Source: a virus. From it: a stretch of DNA of 64,000 nt. The stretch is from positions 3,520 through 67,519 of IMG/VR virus record IMGVR_UViG_3300020173_000008. One strand, given 5' to 3'. Made by a program: the position numbers and the translations under genes. The notes under the pieces are model-generated. The model was not told where the DNA came from. It did no database searches and saw only the letters and a list, made by a program, of their open reading frames with translations. Positions 27,563-36,523 of this stretch are shown here, piece after piece; position 1 is the first letter of the stretch; the number at the start of each line of letters is the position of its first letter.

Positions 27563-28060
27563 TTAGTCAGGGAAAGATGCGGCTCTAGACCCCTGTGGAT
27601 ACTCTACCTCTTCAACCATATACTCATCTGTCCAGTTGAATGCAGTCTTTACCACATTCGCAGACAATCCCTTGTAGACCTGATGCAGTTTCTTGTCCTT
27701 TGCAGCAACAAGCAGTTTTGCTTCATCTTCATGAAGACCCTCAAGCATCTGAACAAACATTGCCTCTCTCTTGTTCTGAGTAATCTGTGGATTACCACCC
27801 TTAATGAAGTGATACAACTTTCGTGCTTCATATGCAAGCATGTTATGCTCTGTACCTTCGGGTGCATCATTTTTTGTGTATGGAACGTCACCCTCTGGAA
27901 GTTCCCACTCAATTTTAGGGTCAAATGATGATTTGATAATCATACGAAGAGAATCATTGTTATACTTGCGTAGATGTTCAATCTTCTCATTCTTGGTTTT
28001 CAACTTTGCGACCTTATTCAGAACCTCTGAAAACAGGGGTGTATATGTATCATGTGCCAT
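27563..28060 (-). CDS. Conserved T4-like phage hypothetical protein
   Basis: LPEGDVPY, KREAMFVQMLEGLH..EA; position next to rnh. Confidence 0.75.
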   Translation of the reverse strand: MAHDTYTPLFSEVLNKVAKLKTKNEKIEHLRKYNNDSLRMIIKSSFDPKIEWELPEGDVPYTKNDAPEGTEHNMLAYEARKLYHFIKGGNPQITQNKREAMFVQMLEGLHEDEAKLLVAAKDKKLHQVYKGLSANVVKTAFNWTDEYMVEEVEYPQGSRAASFPD

Positions 28061-28061
28061 T

Positions 28062-28904
28062 TTAAAATTCTCCTATGGATTCAACGAGGTTGCGTAACCT
28101 CTTTTGTGTAAAGTAATTTAGTAGTTTGCTACGGTCACCTTCTGGTGCATCACGGAACTCTTCCAGAATTTTGATGAAGAGTTCATCTGGTGATTTGGTT
28201 AGATCAATCAGAGTTTCATTCCTCTGAAAGTTTCTCTTGACCTCATCGTTAGGAAGGTCACCATCAATGAAAGATGTAATCTTCTTCTTGCTCAGTGGCT
28301 TCTGACGCAATCCATCAACGAAGGTATTGTCTGGGGACAACACGTTAGGGACACCATCACTGGAGTCACCCTTCATAACATGTTCTTTCAGATACTCCAC
28401 TGGGTCAACACCATTCACATACTTCTTGGTGATAGGACTGTACTGTGTCACATTGCGATATTTCTGTAACTGAATGAAGTCCTTGTCACCAGAAAGAATC
28501 AATGTCTTACCGTTATCGAATTCCAACTCACCACACAGTGCGGCAATAATATCATCTGCCTCTGCACCATATACCTCAAGAAACTTGTAGGGGAAGAACT
28601 CTTTCAGTTCTGACTTGATGGTATTCAGACACTCAAAGATGGCATCCCAATTCAGATTGGAATCATCCCGTGTCTTCTTACGATTGCGTTTGTAATTTGG
28701 GAAGTAGTCTCTACGCCAGTAGTGCTTCGAGTCGTAACAGAGAACCAGTTCCCCATACTCTTCACGAAACATCGTGCGATACATGCGAACTGAATTGAGG
28801 ATCATGTGACGAACCATATCAATCTCTGGTTCGATCTTCTTATTCATATTCAAGTGCATCATCACGCTGGCCAGACTAATCTGGTTCATGTCAACTAAAA
28901 TCAT
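28062..28904 (-). CDS. rnh: RNase H / 5'-3' flap exonuclease
   Basis: ILVDMNQ, YWRRDYFPNYK.NR, EADDII, SGDKDFIQL, GDSSDGVPN. Confidence 0.93.
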   Translation of the reverse strand: MILVDMNQISLASVMMHLNMNKKIEPEIDMVRHMILNSVRMYRTMFREEYGELVLCYDSKHYWRRDYFPNYKRNRKKTRDDSNLNWDAIFECLNTIKSELKEFFPYKFLEVYGAEADDIIAALCGELEFDNGKTLILSGDKDFIQLQKYRNVTQYSPITKKYVNGVDPVEYLKEHVMKGDSSDGVPNVLSPDNTFVDGLRQKPLSKKKITSFIDGDLPNDEVKRNFQRNETLIDLTKSPDELFIKILEEFRDAPEGDRSKLLNYFTQKRLRNLVESIGEF

Positions 28905-28906
28905 AA

Positions 28907-29581
28907 TTATTCTTTCATTCTATTTATAATGGTCGCATTGAAACTCATCATGCGTCTTTCACCTTCGACAGAGAACGGATATACAAAGTGCTTCAACCAT
29001 GAAGGAAACACAAGGAACTTACCAACCTCAGGCTTGAACTTCAGATTGTCACTGCGAAAGTTCTGGTTCTCACCAAACGCAAATTCGATAAGACCCTTTG
29101 CTGGATAATGGTCCTTGAAATCCTCTTCCCATTCTTCTGTCATACCCTCTGGAACCTTTAGATAGATTGCAGCAGAGAAATCTCCATTGTGGTGATGTAT
29201 AGGATTAAAGTCACCTGCATACTGACTAACCACCCAACTCTGTGTCAGGTGGATATTGTCTAGAGATGGTTTTACTCCTGCACCCACTATTCTATTATAA
29301 CTATGTGCTCGGTTTTTGTCAACCATATAATTCAAATAATCTAGGCATCCCTGCTTCATTGTGCGAAACAGGTAGTCACGGTCAGACTTATCCTTGACGG
29401 GAATTTGAATTTCCTTGTTGACCTTACCCACGAGTCTATCAGAGAAGTCCCATTGCTTACTCTTCTCCTCATCTGCAAGAACCTCATCAGCAACAGTGTT
29501 TACAATGTCAATAAACCGTTCTGATACAGTTGTCTCTAGAATGGCTGGACTATATGGTTCATGAAACTTCTGGGTCATCAT
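28907..29581 (-). CDS. 2OG-Fe(II) oxygenase
   Basis: W..SQ..GDFNPIHHH, FPSWL.H.VYPF, ERRMMSFN. Confidence 0.8.
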   Translation of the reverse strand: MMTQKFHEPYSPAILETTVSERFIDIVNTVADEVLADEEKSKQWDFSDRLVGKVNKEIQIPVKDKSDRDYLFRTMKQGCLDYLNYMVDKNRAHSYNRIVGAGVKPSLDNIHLTQSWVVSQYAGDFNPIHHHNGDFSAAIYLKVPEGMTEEWEEDFKDHYPAKGLIEFAFGENQNFRSDNLKFKPEVGKFLVFPSWLKHFVYPFSVEGERRMMSFNATIINRMKE

Positions 29582-29969
29582 CCTCATCCATTCTCATCAA
29601 CTCCACCATCTCATTCAGTTTATCCATTCGAATAACTGTTCGATGTGAGTTGTCCATTTCAACAGTCGTCTCTGTGAATGTATCGACAAACTCATGGAGT
29701 GGATATTCAAGACCAGCGTCACGATATAGAAGTGACTTCACAAGTTCAATGACTAGGGAAAGGTCACGAGAAAAATTTCGTTCTCCAATATCTACATCAT
29801 TATCACTCATCATATGAATCATATCCATCACAAGTTTAGAAGACAGTTCTTCACAGAACTCCATATCTTCCTGACGAAGAAGTTCTTCCTCATTTGGAAC
29901 GACGACTTTTCTTTTTCGCCACGGTCCTTTTATTACGTTTCCCTCGTTTGGGTTTTGGTTCTCCGTCAT
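29559..29969 (-). CDS. Hypothetical acidic protein
   Basis: NVIKGPW N-terminus; coupled ORF. Confidence 0.6.
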   Translation of the reverse strand: MTENQNPNEGNVIKGPWRKRKVVVPNEEELLRQEDMEFCEELSSKLVMDMIHMMSDNDVDIGERNFSRDLSLVIELVKSLLYRDAGLEYPLHEFVDTFTETTVEMDNSHRTVIRMDKLNEMVELMRMDEDDDPEVS

Positions 29970-30525
29970 CTTCTACAACGATCCCTCTTTCTTCATTATA
30001 CATTTCTTGTGTGTAAACCTGTCCCAATAAGGGATAGTATGTTCCAACATCGAACTTTGGTTCACCCTTCTTAGGTCCATACCAGTAATACGCTTGTGCG
30101 ATACAACGATTTTTAATTCTATGTTCTTGATACTCTCCATAGAAACTGTCTACCCAATCTCCAGTGCGAAGGTATGCCTGCATATTACTTATATAACCTT
30201 CATGGATTTTGAGTTGTGCCTCTGCACCCTTGTCTTTTTGACGAACCTGTTGTCTTGCAGACTTGGCCAAGTCCTGTTGAGTCTTAATCCACTTCTTGAC
30301 TTTTGCAGGACTCAATCCGTGTTCGTCTGGTAGATTGCGAAGACTCTCATGAATACTCGACTTACCATAGTTTGGGTTCTTTGCCGCTCTTGCTTCTCTT
30401 GCCTTTGCAAGACGTTCTGCTGCTGCAGCCTTCTGTTCCTCTGTCATAGGTTTACGAGGTTTACGTTTCTTTGGTGCTGTCCATCCACTGTTGTCAGTCT
30501 TGACAGTTACCTTCTTTCTAGGCAT
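29890..30525 (-). CDS. Conserved basic hypothetical protein
   Basis: RKPMTEEQKAAAAERLAKARE, YLRTGDW...YG. Confidence 0.7.
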   Translation of the reverse strand: MPRKKVTVKTDNSGWTAPKKRKPRKPMTEEQKAAAAERLAKAREARAAKNPNYGKSSIHESLRNLPDEHGLSPAKVKKWIKTQQDLAKSARQQVRQKDKGAEAQLKIHEGYISNMQAYLRTGDWVDSFYGEYQEHRIKNRCIAQAYYWYGPKKGEPKFDVGTYYPLLGQVYTQEMYNEERGIVVEDDGEPKPKRGKRNKRTVAKKKSRRSK

Positions 30526-30528
30526 GGA

Positions 30529-30732
30529 TTAGTATCCCTGTTCTTCCATTCGTTTCTTTAGATCACGTTCTGAACGGCGTTTTGCGGCAGCCTTTGCCTT
30601 ACGACGCTTGGTTCCCTTCGACTCATAGAACTCACGTTGTCGTAGTTCATTGAAGAAACCATCTTCTGTTAGTTTCTTCTTTAGAATACGCATCGCCTTA
30701 TCGACGTTGTTGTTACGAACTTCAATTCTCAT
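30529..30732 (-). CDS. rpsU: Ribosomal protein bS21
   Basis: IEVRNNNVDKAMRILKKKL..G...ELRQREFYE. Confidence 0.9.
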   Translation of the reverse strand: MRIEVRNNNVDKAMRILKKKLTEDGFFNELRQREFYESKGTKRRKAKAAAKRRSERDLKKRMEEQGY

Positions 30733-30733
30733 G

Positions 30734-31108
30734 TTATTTCCCTAGTCCTTGGTTATACGCCTCATTCTCTAGACGGCGTTGCATTTCTGCGTTTCTCTGT
30801 GCAACACCTTTTTGACATGCGGCATATGCACCCTCATTACTCTTATAGTCTGAACAGACATCTGCACCAACTTCTTTGTAGATGACAGTCTGTTTCTGAT
30901 CCATACTCTGACCAACTGAACTACCAGCAACTGCACCAATTAGAGTGCCGACACCAGTTGCAATCAGTCTACCACTACCACCACCGACTTGACTTCCTAG
31001 AAGTCCACCAGCACCAGCACCGATAAGTGTTCCACCAGTTTGATTGTTCATCTGACAAGCAGTTAGACTTGCAAGAAGAACACCCGATACTACAATCGAC
31101 TTAAGCAT
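30734..31108 (-). CDS. Glycine-zipper 2TM lipoprotein
   Basis: Lipobox LTAC, GTLIGAGAGGLLGSQVGGGSG. Confidence 0.85.
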   Translation of the reverse strand: MLKSIVVSGVLLASLTACQMNNQTGGTLIGAGAGGLLGSQVGGGSGRLIATGVGTLIGAVAGSSVGQSMDQKQTVIYKEVGADVCSDYKSNEGAYAACQKGVAQRNAEMQRRLENEAYNQGLGK

Positions 31109-31496
31109 TTGCTTCTCCTTCTTCTGAGTAGTATACATTCTTTAGTTCAAATAAGTCAATGCACTTTTGGCATCCACTACAAGGTTTCGACAAACCAGTA
31201 ATCCATTTACGATTTGTCTTGTTTCTCTTTGCCCTCACAATATATAGTTCACACTTCGACAGGTCGTCAACATCGACAGACTTGAGTGCATTCTTGATTG
31301 CATGGACTTCTGCATGAAAGAAGACAGCATGATTGTTCTTACAGAACTGAGCCTGAAAGGGATGTGTCTTCTTATGATTATATCCGTAGGAAATGACTTT
31401 ACCCTTGCGTACCACGGCGGCAGCAATTCTTGCACCACGGACAGGTTCTACTGACTGTGCAAGTCGAAAAGTCTCATCGAAGATTTCAGAGTTCAC
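31101..31496 (-). CDS. Second zinc-dependent deaminase-family protein
   Basis: IAAAVV, GYN, HAEVHAI, KPCSGC; GTG start with GAGG SD assumed. Confidence 0.8.
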   Translation of the reverse strand: MNSEIFDETFRLAQSVEPVRGARIAAAVVRKGKVISYGYNHKKTHPFQAQFCKNNHAVFFHAEVHAIKNALKSVDVDDLSKCELYIVRAKRNKTNRKWITGLSKPCSGCQKCIDLFELKNVYYSEEGEANA

Positions 31497-31503
31497 CCTC
31501 ACC

Positions 31504-31824
31504 TCACCAGCCTGGTGCACCGTAGACTCTGTCTTTCCTATAAGCCACACTCCAGTCAAGTCCCATTGCAGGACAGATGAAAACGGTATCAGGTAATCCG
31601 TTATTATCTATCTCACCTGCCTCACCAGAGATAAAGAAATGACCTGACTTCTCTGGAAATGCCTTACATAGAATCTGGGTGATACGAATATCCTTTTCCC
31701 TTGCCTTTGCAAGATCAAGACATGCGTCACGCAACCACGCTTCCATAGTCGGGTCAATGTTCTTCTGATTGAGACATTGACGGATTAGGTATTCTGCGTT
31801 ATTGATGAAATCCTGTGTGTTCAT
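31504..31824 (-). CDS. Hypothetical protein
   Basis: 106 aa; FFISGEAG..D.NGLP...ICPA.G.D. Confidence 0.6.
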   Translation of the reverse strand: MNTQDFINNAEYLIRQCLNQKNIDPTMEAWLRDACLDLAKAREKDIRITQILCKAFPEKSGHFFISGEAGEIDNNGLPDTVFICPAMGLDWSVAYRKDRVYGAPGW

Positions 31825-31833
31825 TATTCAACC

Positions 31834-32013
31834 TCACTCATCTACTTCTCGCTCCCAAAAACGACAATAAAAATGATCACCGCATGAATCTATTTCATGC
31901 TGTGGATAACCATTCTCAACAAGCCATTTCTCTGTATCCTTGATACCTTCTGGCAATTCTTTTGGAAATCCATACTTCCAACCAGAAGGTGGATCAATAA
32001 TTAAAATCTTCAT
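31834..32013 (-). CDS. Small conserved hypothetical protein (59 aa, not in the ORF track)
   Basis: MKILIIDPPSGWKYGFPK...WLVENGYP. Confidence 0.65.
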   Translation of the reverse strand: MKILIIDPPSGWKYGFPKELPEGIKDTEKWLVENGYPQHEIDSCGDHFYCRFWEREVDE

Positions 32014-32450
32014 CCTCGCCTCATCTTTGCAACTTCTTCAGCAGACTTCTTGTTACGAATCGGCACTGCATTGGATTTATGCATCTGGGCAATACCGATA
32101 ATCTCTGTGCCGGTATAGACCTTCTCTTCTTTCTTTGCCATCGTAGGATTGTAGAATTGGTCGGAGCGAGAGGATTCGAACCTCTGATCTCCACATCCCA
32201 AATGTGGCGGATTACCAGACTTTCCTACGCTCCGTTTGTTGGCGCTCTCGACAGGACTCGAACCTGTGACCCACGGTTTAGAAGACCGTTGCTCTATTCC
32301 AGCTGAGCTACGAGAGCCTACCCCCATGCGTTTGAGGAACTTCTCATGTTCCTTCTCTGACGCAATTAGGGACTTAGATTTCTTGGATTTCTTACGCTTC
32401 TTCGTATTCGTAGTCGAATAGTAAGAAGGCAATAGATGCATTCCACTCAT
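32010..32450 (-). CDS. Conserved basic phage protein whose central part is encoded by two tRNA genes
   Basis: N-block MHLLPSYYSTTN..EHEKFLKRMGV and C-block VYTGT.IIGIA.MHKSNAVP joined in one open frame; TTGACA-N17-TATTGT promoter at 32458-32486. Confidence 0.7.
   Translation of the reverse strand: MSGMHLLPSYYSTTNTKKRKKSKKSKSLIASEKEHEKFLKRMGVGSRSSAGIEQRSSKPWVTGSSPVESANKRSVGKSGNPPHLGCGDQRFESSRSDQFYNPTMAKKEEKVYTGTEIIGIAQMHKSNAVPIRNKKSAEEVAKMRRG
32158..32234 (-). tRNA. tRNA-Pro(UGG)
   Basis: 77-nt cloverleaf CGGAGCG...CGCTCCG-A-CCA, anticodon TGG. Confidence 0.92.
32240..32317 (-). tRNA. tRNA-Arg(UCU)
   Basis: 78-nt cloverleaf GCTCTCG...CGAGAGC-G-CCA, anticodon TCT. Confidence 0.93.
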
Positions 32451-32482
32451 ATGAATAACAATATACTAGTTGGAGGGATTTG

Positions 32483-32713
32483 TCAAGATACTTTGTTAGT
32501 CTCGTTAACACTCTTAGCAATGATGTCAGAAATTAGGATAAGTTCCTTCTCACCATTCTCATCAGTCTTGGTCCAAATGTAACCTTCCTTCTCTAAATTA
32601 GAGAGTAGGGCTTCAATCACATCAGTCAAGTCGTTGCGTGTTGACCAGCGACCAGCATAGTATGCTCCAGCAATACATGCAACTGCGATTAGTGTGTGAG
32701 TTAGTACGTCCAT
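32483..32713 (-). CDS. Small membrane-anchored hypothetical protein
   Basis: N-terminal TM segment, GAGG SD. Confidence 0.6.
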   Translation of the reverse strand: MDVLTHTLIAVACIAGAYYAGRWSTRNDLTDVIEALLSNLEKEGYIWTKTDENGEKELILISDIIAKSVNETNKVS

Positions 32714-32750
32714 AAGTAACCTCTATCCGATTCTACATACCCAATATACA

Positions 32751-33407
32751 CTATTTAGAAAGGTTTGTCAAGGAATATCCTACACGAATATCAGATAAAT
32801 ATCCACTAGCATCGTATCTCTCAGGATGCTCATTAGGAAAGTCAGGTTCTACACCATCACTCTCCCATACTGGGTATAGAGTGTATCCAATAGGTTTATC
32901 GTGAAAGATATCGTTTCCTGTTCGTAGGTGTACCTCAATAACCTTATCACCAATCATTTCTATATTAAGGTTTTTGACACCTTCAAGTTCATTCATCCAA
33001 TTTGGCAGTATAAATTCTCTATTCCAAGTCTTTGTCCAACTCTTGAAACGAACAAGGTTTTCTTTGTTAGATTCACCGACAATGGTACAGAATGGTTTCC
33101 AGTAACCAGCACTTCTCTCAAAGTCAACACTTTTGTGAGTACCTTTGAATGTCTCACACCAGAAATGGCCTGGGGGAACAAGTGCATGTTCTTCCATTTC
33201 TTTTGCCTGTGATATGTCTATGTGAATTATTTTTGCACCAAGACCCATTCCATACAGATTGTAGATGGGTCGTATGATGTAGTCACCAGACTTTGTAATT
33301 GGAATACAAGCTGGTCCTGCATCGTGTCCAAACTTCAGTGCAATTTCAAGTTTGTTGAATATCCACCTGTGTTGTGGATACTCTTTCCATGCGTCATCAT
33401 CGTCCAT
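32751..33407 (-). CDS. Hypothetical protein, ATP-grasp-like
   Basis: YIIRPIYNLYGMG.GA, FWCE.F.G.H.SVD, NIEMIG..VIEVHLR. Confidence 0.55.
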   Translation of the reverse strand: MDDDDAWKEYPQHRWIFNKLEIALKFGHDAGPACIPITKSGDYIIRPIYNLYGMGLGAKIIHIDISQAKEMEEHALVPPGHFWCETFKGTHKSVDFERSAGYWKPFCTIVGESNKENLVRFKSWTKTWNREFILPNWMNELEGVKNLNIEMIGDKVIEVHLRTGNDIFHDKPIGYTLYPVWESDGVEPDFPNEHPERYDASGYLSDIRVGYSLTNLSK

Positions 33408-33415
33408 AAAGTTAT

Positions 33416-34375
33416 TTAGTAACCGTTTGGAATAATAATGTAGTGAATGAACAGAACGATACCCACACTCGCACCAAGACCAATCATCATCTTCATAAAA
33501 TCTCTAGTCACAAGAGGGAATACCTGTTTCATTTTGGTATTATAAACTGTGGCAATCGCAAGTTCTCGTCCTGTCAGTAGTCCAACAAATACCCATGTAG
33601 TTGACATTGGAATAGAGTTGAGTTCCTTGAAGAAATATAGGATGACAAAGTACACAAGGTCAATCAAAGTAGCAGATCGAATATATCGTGTTGTCTGTTT
33701 CTCCAGAACAATGTTCTGAATCTTACCACCACCCTCTCTAAACATAAATCCAAGAAGAACTATAAAGACAAAACTGATCATAATCATCATGTCCCACGAT
33801 ACTTGTCTTGGCAGAAACACGGCGATGTTTGCCATATCGTGACTCAACCAAGTCCACCAGAGAAGTCCAGTTGTACACCACTGAGCAACTCTCCAATATG
33901 GGCGTGACCAGTGATCGCCGATTGGTTTCTTCTCATTGATTACTCGACTGATAATGTGCCAGAGTGCATATGCAGCAACAGCAGCAATCGCATAACCCAT
34001 GATAGATTTCATGAGCATCTTTTCAAGTACGAATGTAGAAGCAAATGCTGAGAGAACAAGGAATGATGTAGAGACAGGGACACCCACACGAGTCAGAAGT
34101 AAAAGGATTGCTGGAGCCGCAGCATGATACCATTGTATCTCTTGAAACGGTATCTTAGTCAATCGTCCATACGATATGTCACCTCCGTGCATATACCAAC
34201 CAAACCAAAGAGCCCATAATAAAACCGCCGAAGCGGTTAACCAAAGAATCTTCCAATTAAAGCGTTCGTTGTTAGATGCAATCCAAGTACCAAGTGTCTG
34301 TACTGAATCGTTGGCGATAACTGAGTATGCGGCAAGTAAGAATCCAATTACCATCCAAAGTGTGAGTTGGTCCAT
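33416..34375 (-). CDS. PiT/PHO4-related inorganic phosphate transporter-like membrane protein
   Basis: Multi-TM; duplicated signatures IANDSVQT / HDMANIA and PVSTS / PMSTT. Confidence 0.65.
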   Translation of the reverse strand: MDQLTLWMVIGFLLAAYSVIANDSVQTLGTWIASNNERFNWKILWLTASAVLLWALWFGWYMHGGDISYGRLTKIPFQEIQWYHAAAPAILLLLTRVGVPVSTSFLVLSAFASTFVLEKMLMKSIMGYAIAAVAAYALWHIISRVINEKKPIGDHWSRPYWRVAQWCTTGLLWWTWLSHDMANIAVFLPRQVSWDMMIMISFVFIVLLGFMFREGGGKIQNIVLEKQTTRYIRSATLIDLVYFVILYFFKELNSIPMSTTWVFVGLLTGRELAIATVYNTKMKQVFPLVTRDFMKMMIGLGASVGIVLFIHYIIIPNGY

Positions 34376-34412
34376 GTGTGTCTCCTATAACATTATGTAT
34401 ATCGAATTTTTG

Positions 34413-34434
34413 AATTGTAACAAAAATTTAACAA
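34413..34434 (-). promoter_or_regulatory. Pho-box-like direct repeat
   Basis: TTGTTAAATTT-TTGTTACAATT, 11-bp period, upstream of the transporter. Confidence 0.45.
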
Positions 34435-34443
34435 AAAAACAAG

Positions 34444-36522
34444 TCACTTCGTGGTAGCAATGAACACACCATTCCAATCTTCGGGTAGAGGCTGGGTCTT
34501 CATGAATTCACAACGTTCAATCCACATATCGTAATATCCCTGCATCTTACCATCAAACTCATTGTACAGATCATTACACCATTTGATTGCAAGGTCAAAC
34601 TGCTGATTCTTGTAGAGTTCATGCATCTTCTCATGTTGATTTTCTGCCATACCCCAATTTGTGTTCTTCATCATATAATCCATATCACTCAGCACTGTAT
34701 AGATACGAATACCCACAGACTTACCCTTAACGGCAAGTTCATCTACCTTAAGATAGAAGAAGTCGTCCTTGGTCTTATCATAGGTTGCCTCACCTACGAG
34801 TAACAGACATCCATACTCTTTACACTTGGATTCTATACGAGCAGCAGTTGATACCGCATCACCTAGAACATCATACGAATGACGTTTGGTACTTCCCATC
34901 TCTCCAAGGTAACCAAGGCCAGTATTAATACCGGCACCCATACCGACAGGAGGACGACCTTCAGAAGTGATTTTTTCATTGAATTTCTCCACTGCATCCA
35001 ACATGAGTAGACCTGTCTTAACTGCACTCTTTGGATGGTCTGGATCATCAATAGGGGCATTGTGAACGTGCATAGATGCATCACCGATATACTTGATCAC
35101 CATACCGTCAGCATCAAGAATTGGTTGAGTGATTGCGTCCATGTACCCATTCATGATTTCAGTCAATCCCTTAACATCGTCACCGAATGATTCACCAAGA
35201 GGTGTGAACCCTCGTAGGTCTGAGAAGCAAATAGAAATCTCCTTCTTCATACCATCCTTGATGAGTGCAGGGTTCTCTTGCAGTAGACGAACCACAGTTG
35301 GGGATGCATATCCTGCAAACTGTTTCTTGATTTCCATCTTCTGTTTGTATTCAGACATGAACCGCATGAACGCAGCAATGGCCCAAACGAAAAACATACC
35401 AAGTGCTGGATAGGACCAATCAATAAGATATCCTTGACCGAACAGATAGGAACTGGTAAAGAACGAACCAACAATTAGCACTGGTGCAATCAAACTTACG
35501 AACCAAGGAAACACCAGAACGACAACAGCAAGAATTGCACCACCGATTGCAACTGCACCAATCTCTGCAAAGTCAGACCACCAAGGACGAGAGATATTTG
35601 TCCCTGTCATCATCGTTGCAATGGATGTGGCGATAACATCGTGTCCCTGTAGAACACCAACAGGAGTTGCAACAGGGTTGTCGATACCAGATGCAGTTGG
35701 GGATAGAATTACAATCTTACCTTGCACAAATGGTTCTTCTGCATTTGGATCAATATCTGCAAGACTCATTGTTTTGGTTTTGTATTGGAAGTCAATCCAG
35801 ATGGACCCATTTGCGTCCGTGATGATTTTAGAGAACTTGGGAATACGAAGTGCCTCGACACCAGCCTCACCACTTGCCTTCATCTGGTAGGATGGGTCAC
35901 CCGCTGCAACTCGTAGAGTTTCTAGTGAGATGGATGGAAATAGTTGGTTATTGATTTGCACCACAAGGGGAAGTCTACGAAGGACACCATCTGCCTCTGG
36001 TGGACTACTCATCATACCCACACCAGCTGCAGCATTACCGATTACTTTAACTGGTCCGACAGCAGAATTGTATTCGTAAATCCAGTTTGTCCAAGGTGGG
36101 TCTTCTCCATTACCACCAATGACTGCAACACCTCTAGGAACTGGATTACCCTTTGCCTCGTTGGCGGGTATCTGACCGATAACTACAGGTAAGGCAACAA
36201 TTGATTTAGCAAAATCCAAATCCTTACCACCACGGTCTGGTTGTGAAAATAGAATAGGCATGACAACCATACCAGCACCAGACTGAAAGAGTTTAATCAA
36301 CTCTTCCTGCATGATTTCTCTGGGCCATGGCCATTGACCATTCTTATCCATCGTCTTGTTGTCAATCTCGACAGTAACGATGTCTTCCAGAATTACAGTC
36401 TCTTGATTTTGTTGGTGAACGTCCAGTGCTTTCATTCGCACTGTCTCTAAAATCCAAGGATCAGAATATCTCAATCCCACTACAGATAATAATAAAACTA
36501 ATGTTACAATCCACTTTTTCAT
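34444..36522 (-). CDS. CHASE2-domain class III adenylate cyclase
   Basis: GQWPWPR and ADGVLRR (CHASE2), 3 TM helices, FSDLRGFT, KYIGDA, GINTG, YDVLGDAV.TAARIES. Confidence 0.93.
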   Translation of the reverse strand: MKKWIVTLVLLLSVVGLRYSDPWILETVRMKALDVHQQNQETVILEDIVTVEIDNKTMDKNGQWPWPREIMQEELIKLFQSGAGMVVMPILFSQPDRGGKDLDFAKSIVALPVVIGQIPANEAKGNPVPRGVAVIGGNGEDPPWTNWIYEYNSAVGPVKVIGNAAAGVGMMSSPPEADGVLRRLPLVVQINNQLFPSISLETLRVAAGDPSYQMKASGEAGVEALRIPKFSKIITDANGSIWIDFQYKTKTMSLADIDPNAEEPFVQGKIVILSPTASGIDNPVATPVGVLQGHDVIATSIATMMTGTNISRPWWSDFAEIGAVAIGGAILAVVVLVFPWFVSLIAPVLIVGSFFTSSYLFGQGYLIDWSYPALGMFFVWAIAAFMRFMSEYKQKMEIKKQFAGYASPTVVRLLQENPALIKDGMKKEISICFSDLRGFTPLGESFGDDVKGLTEIMNGYMDAITQPILDADGMVIKYIGDASMHVHNAPIDDPDHPKSAVKTGLLMLDAVEKFNEKITSEGRPPVGMGAGINTGLGYLGEMGSTKRHSYDVLGDAVSTAARIESKCKEYGCLLLVGEATYDKTKDDFFYLKVDELAVKGKSVGIRIYTVLSDMDYMMKNTNWGMAENQHEKMHELYKNQQFDLAIKWCNDLYNEFDGKMQGYYDMWIERCEFMKTQPLPEDWNGVFIATTK

Positions 36523-36523
36523 C

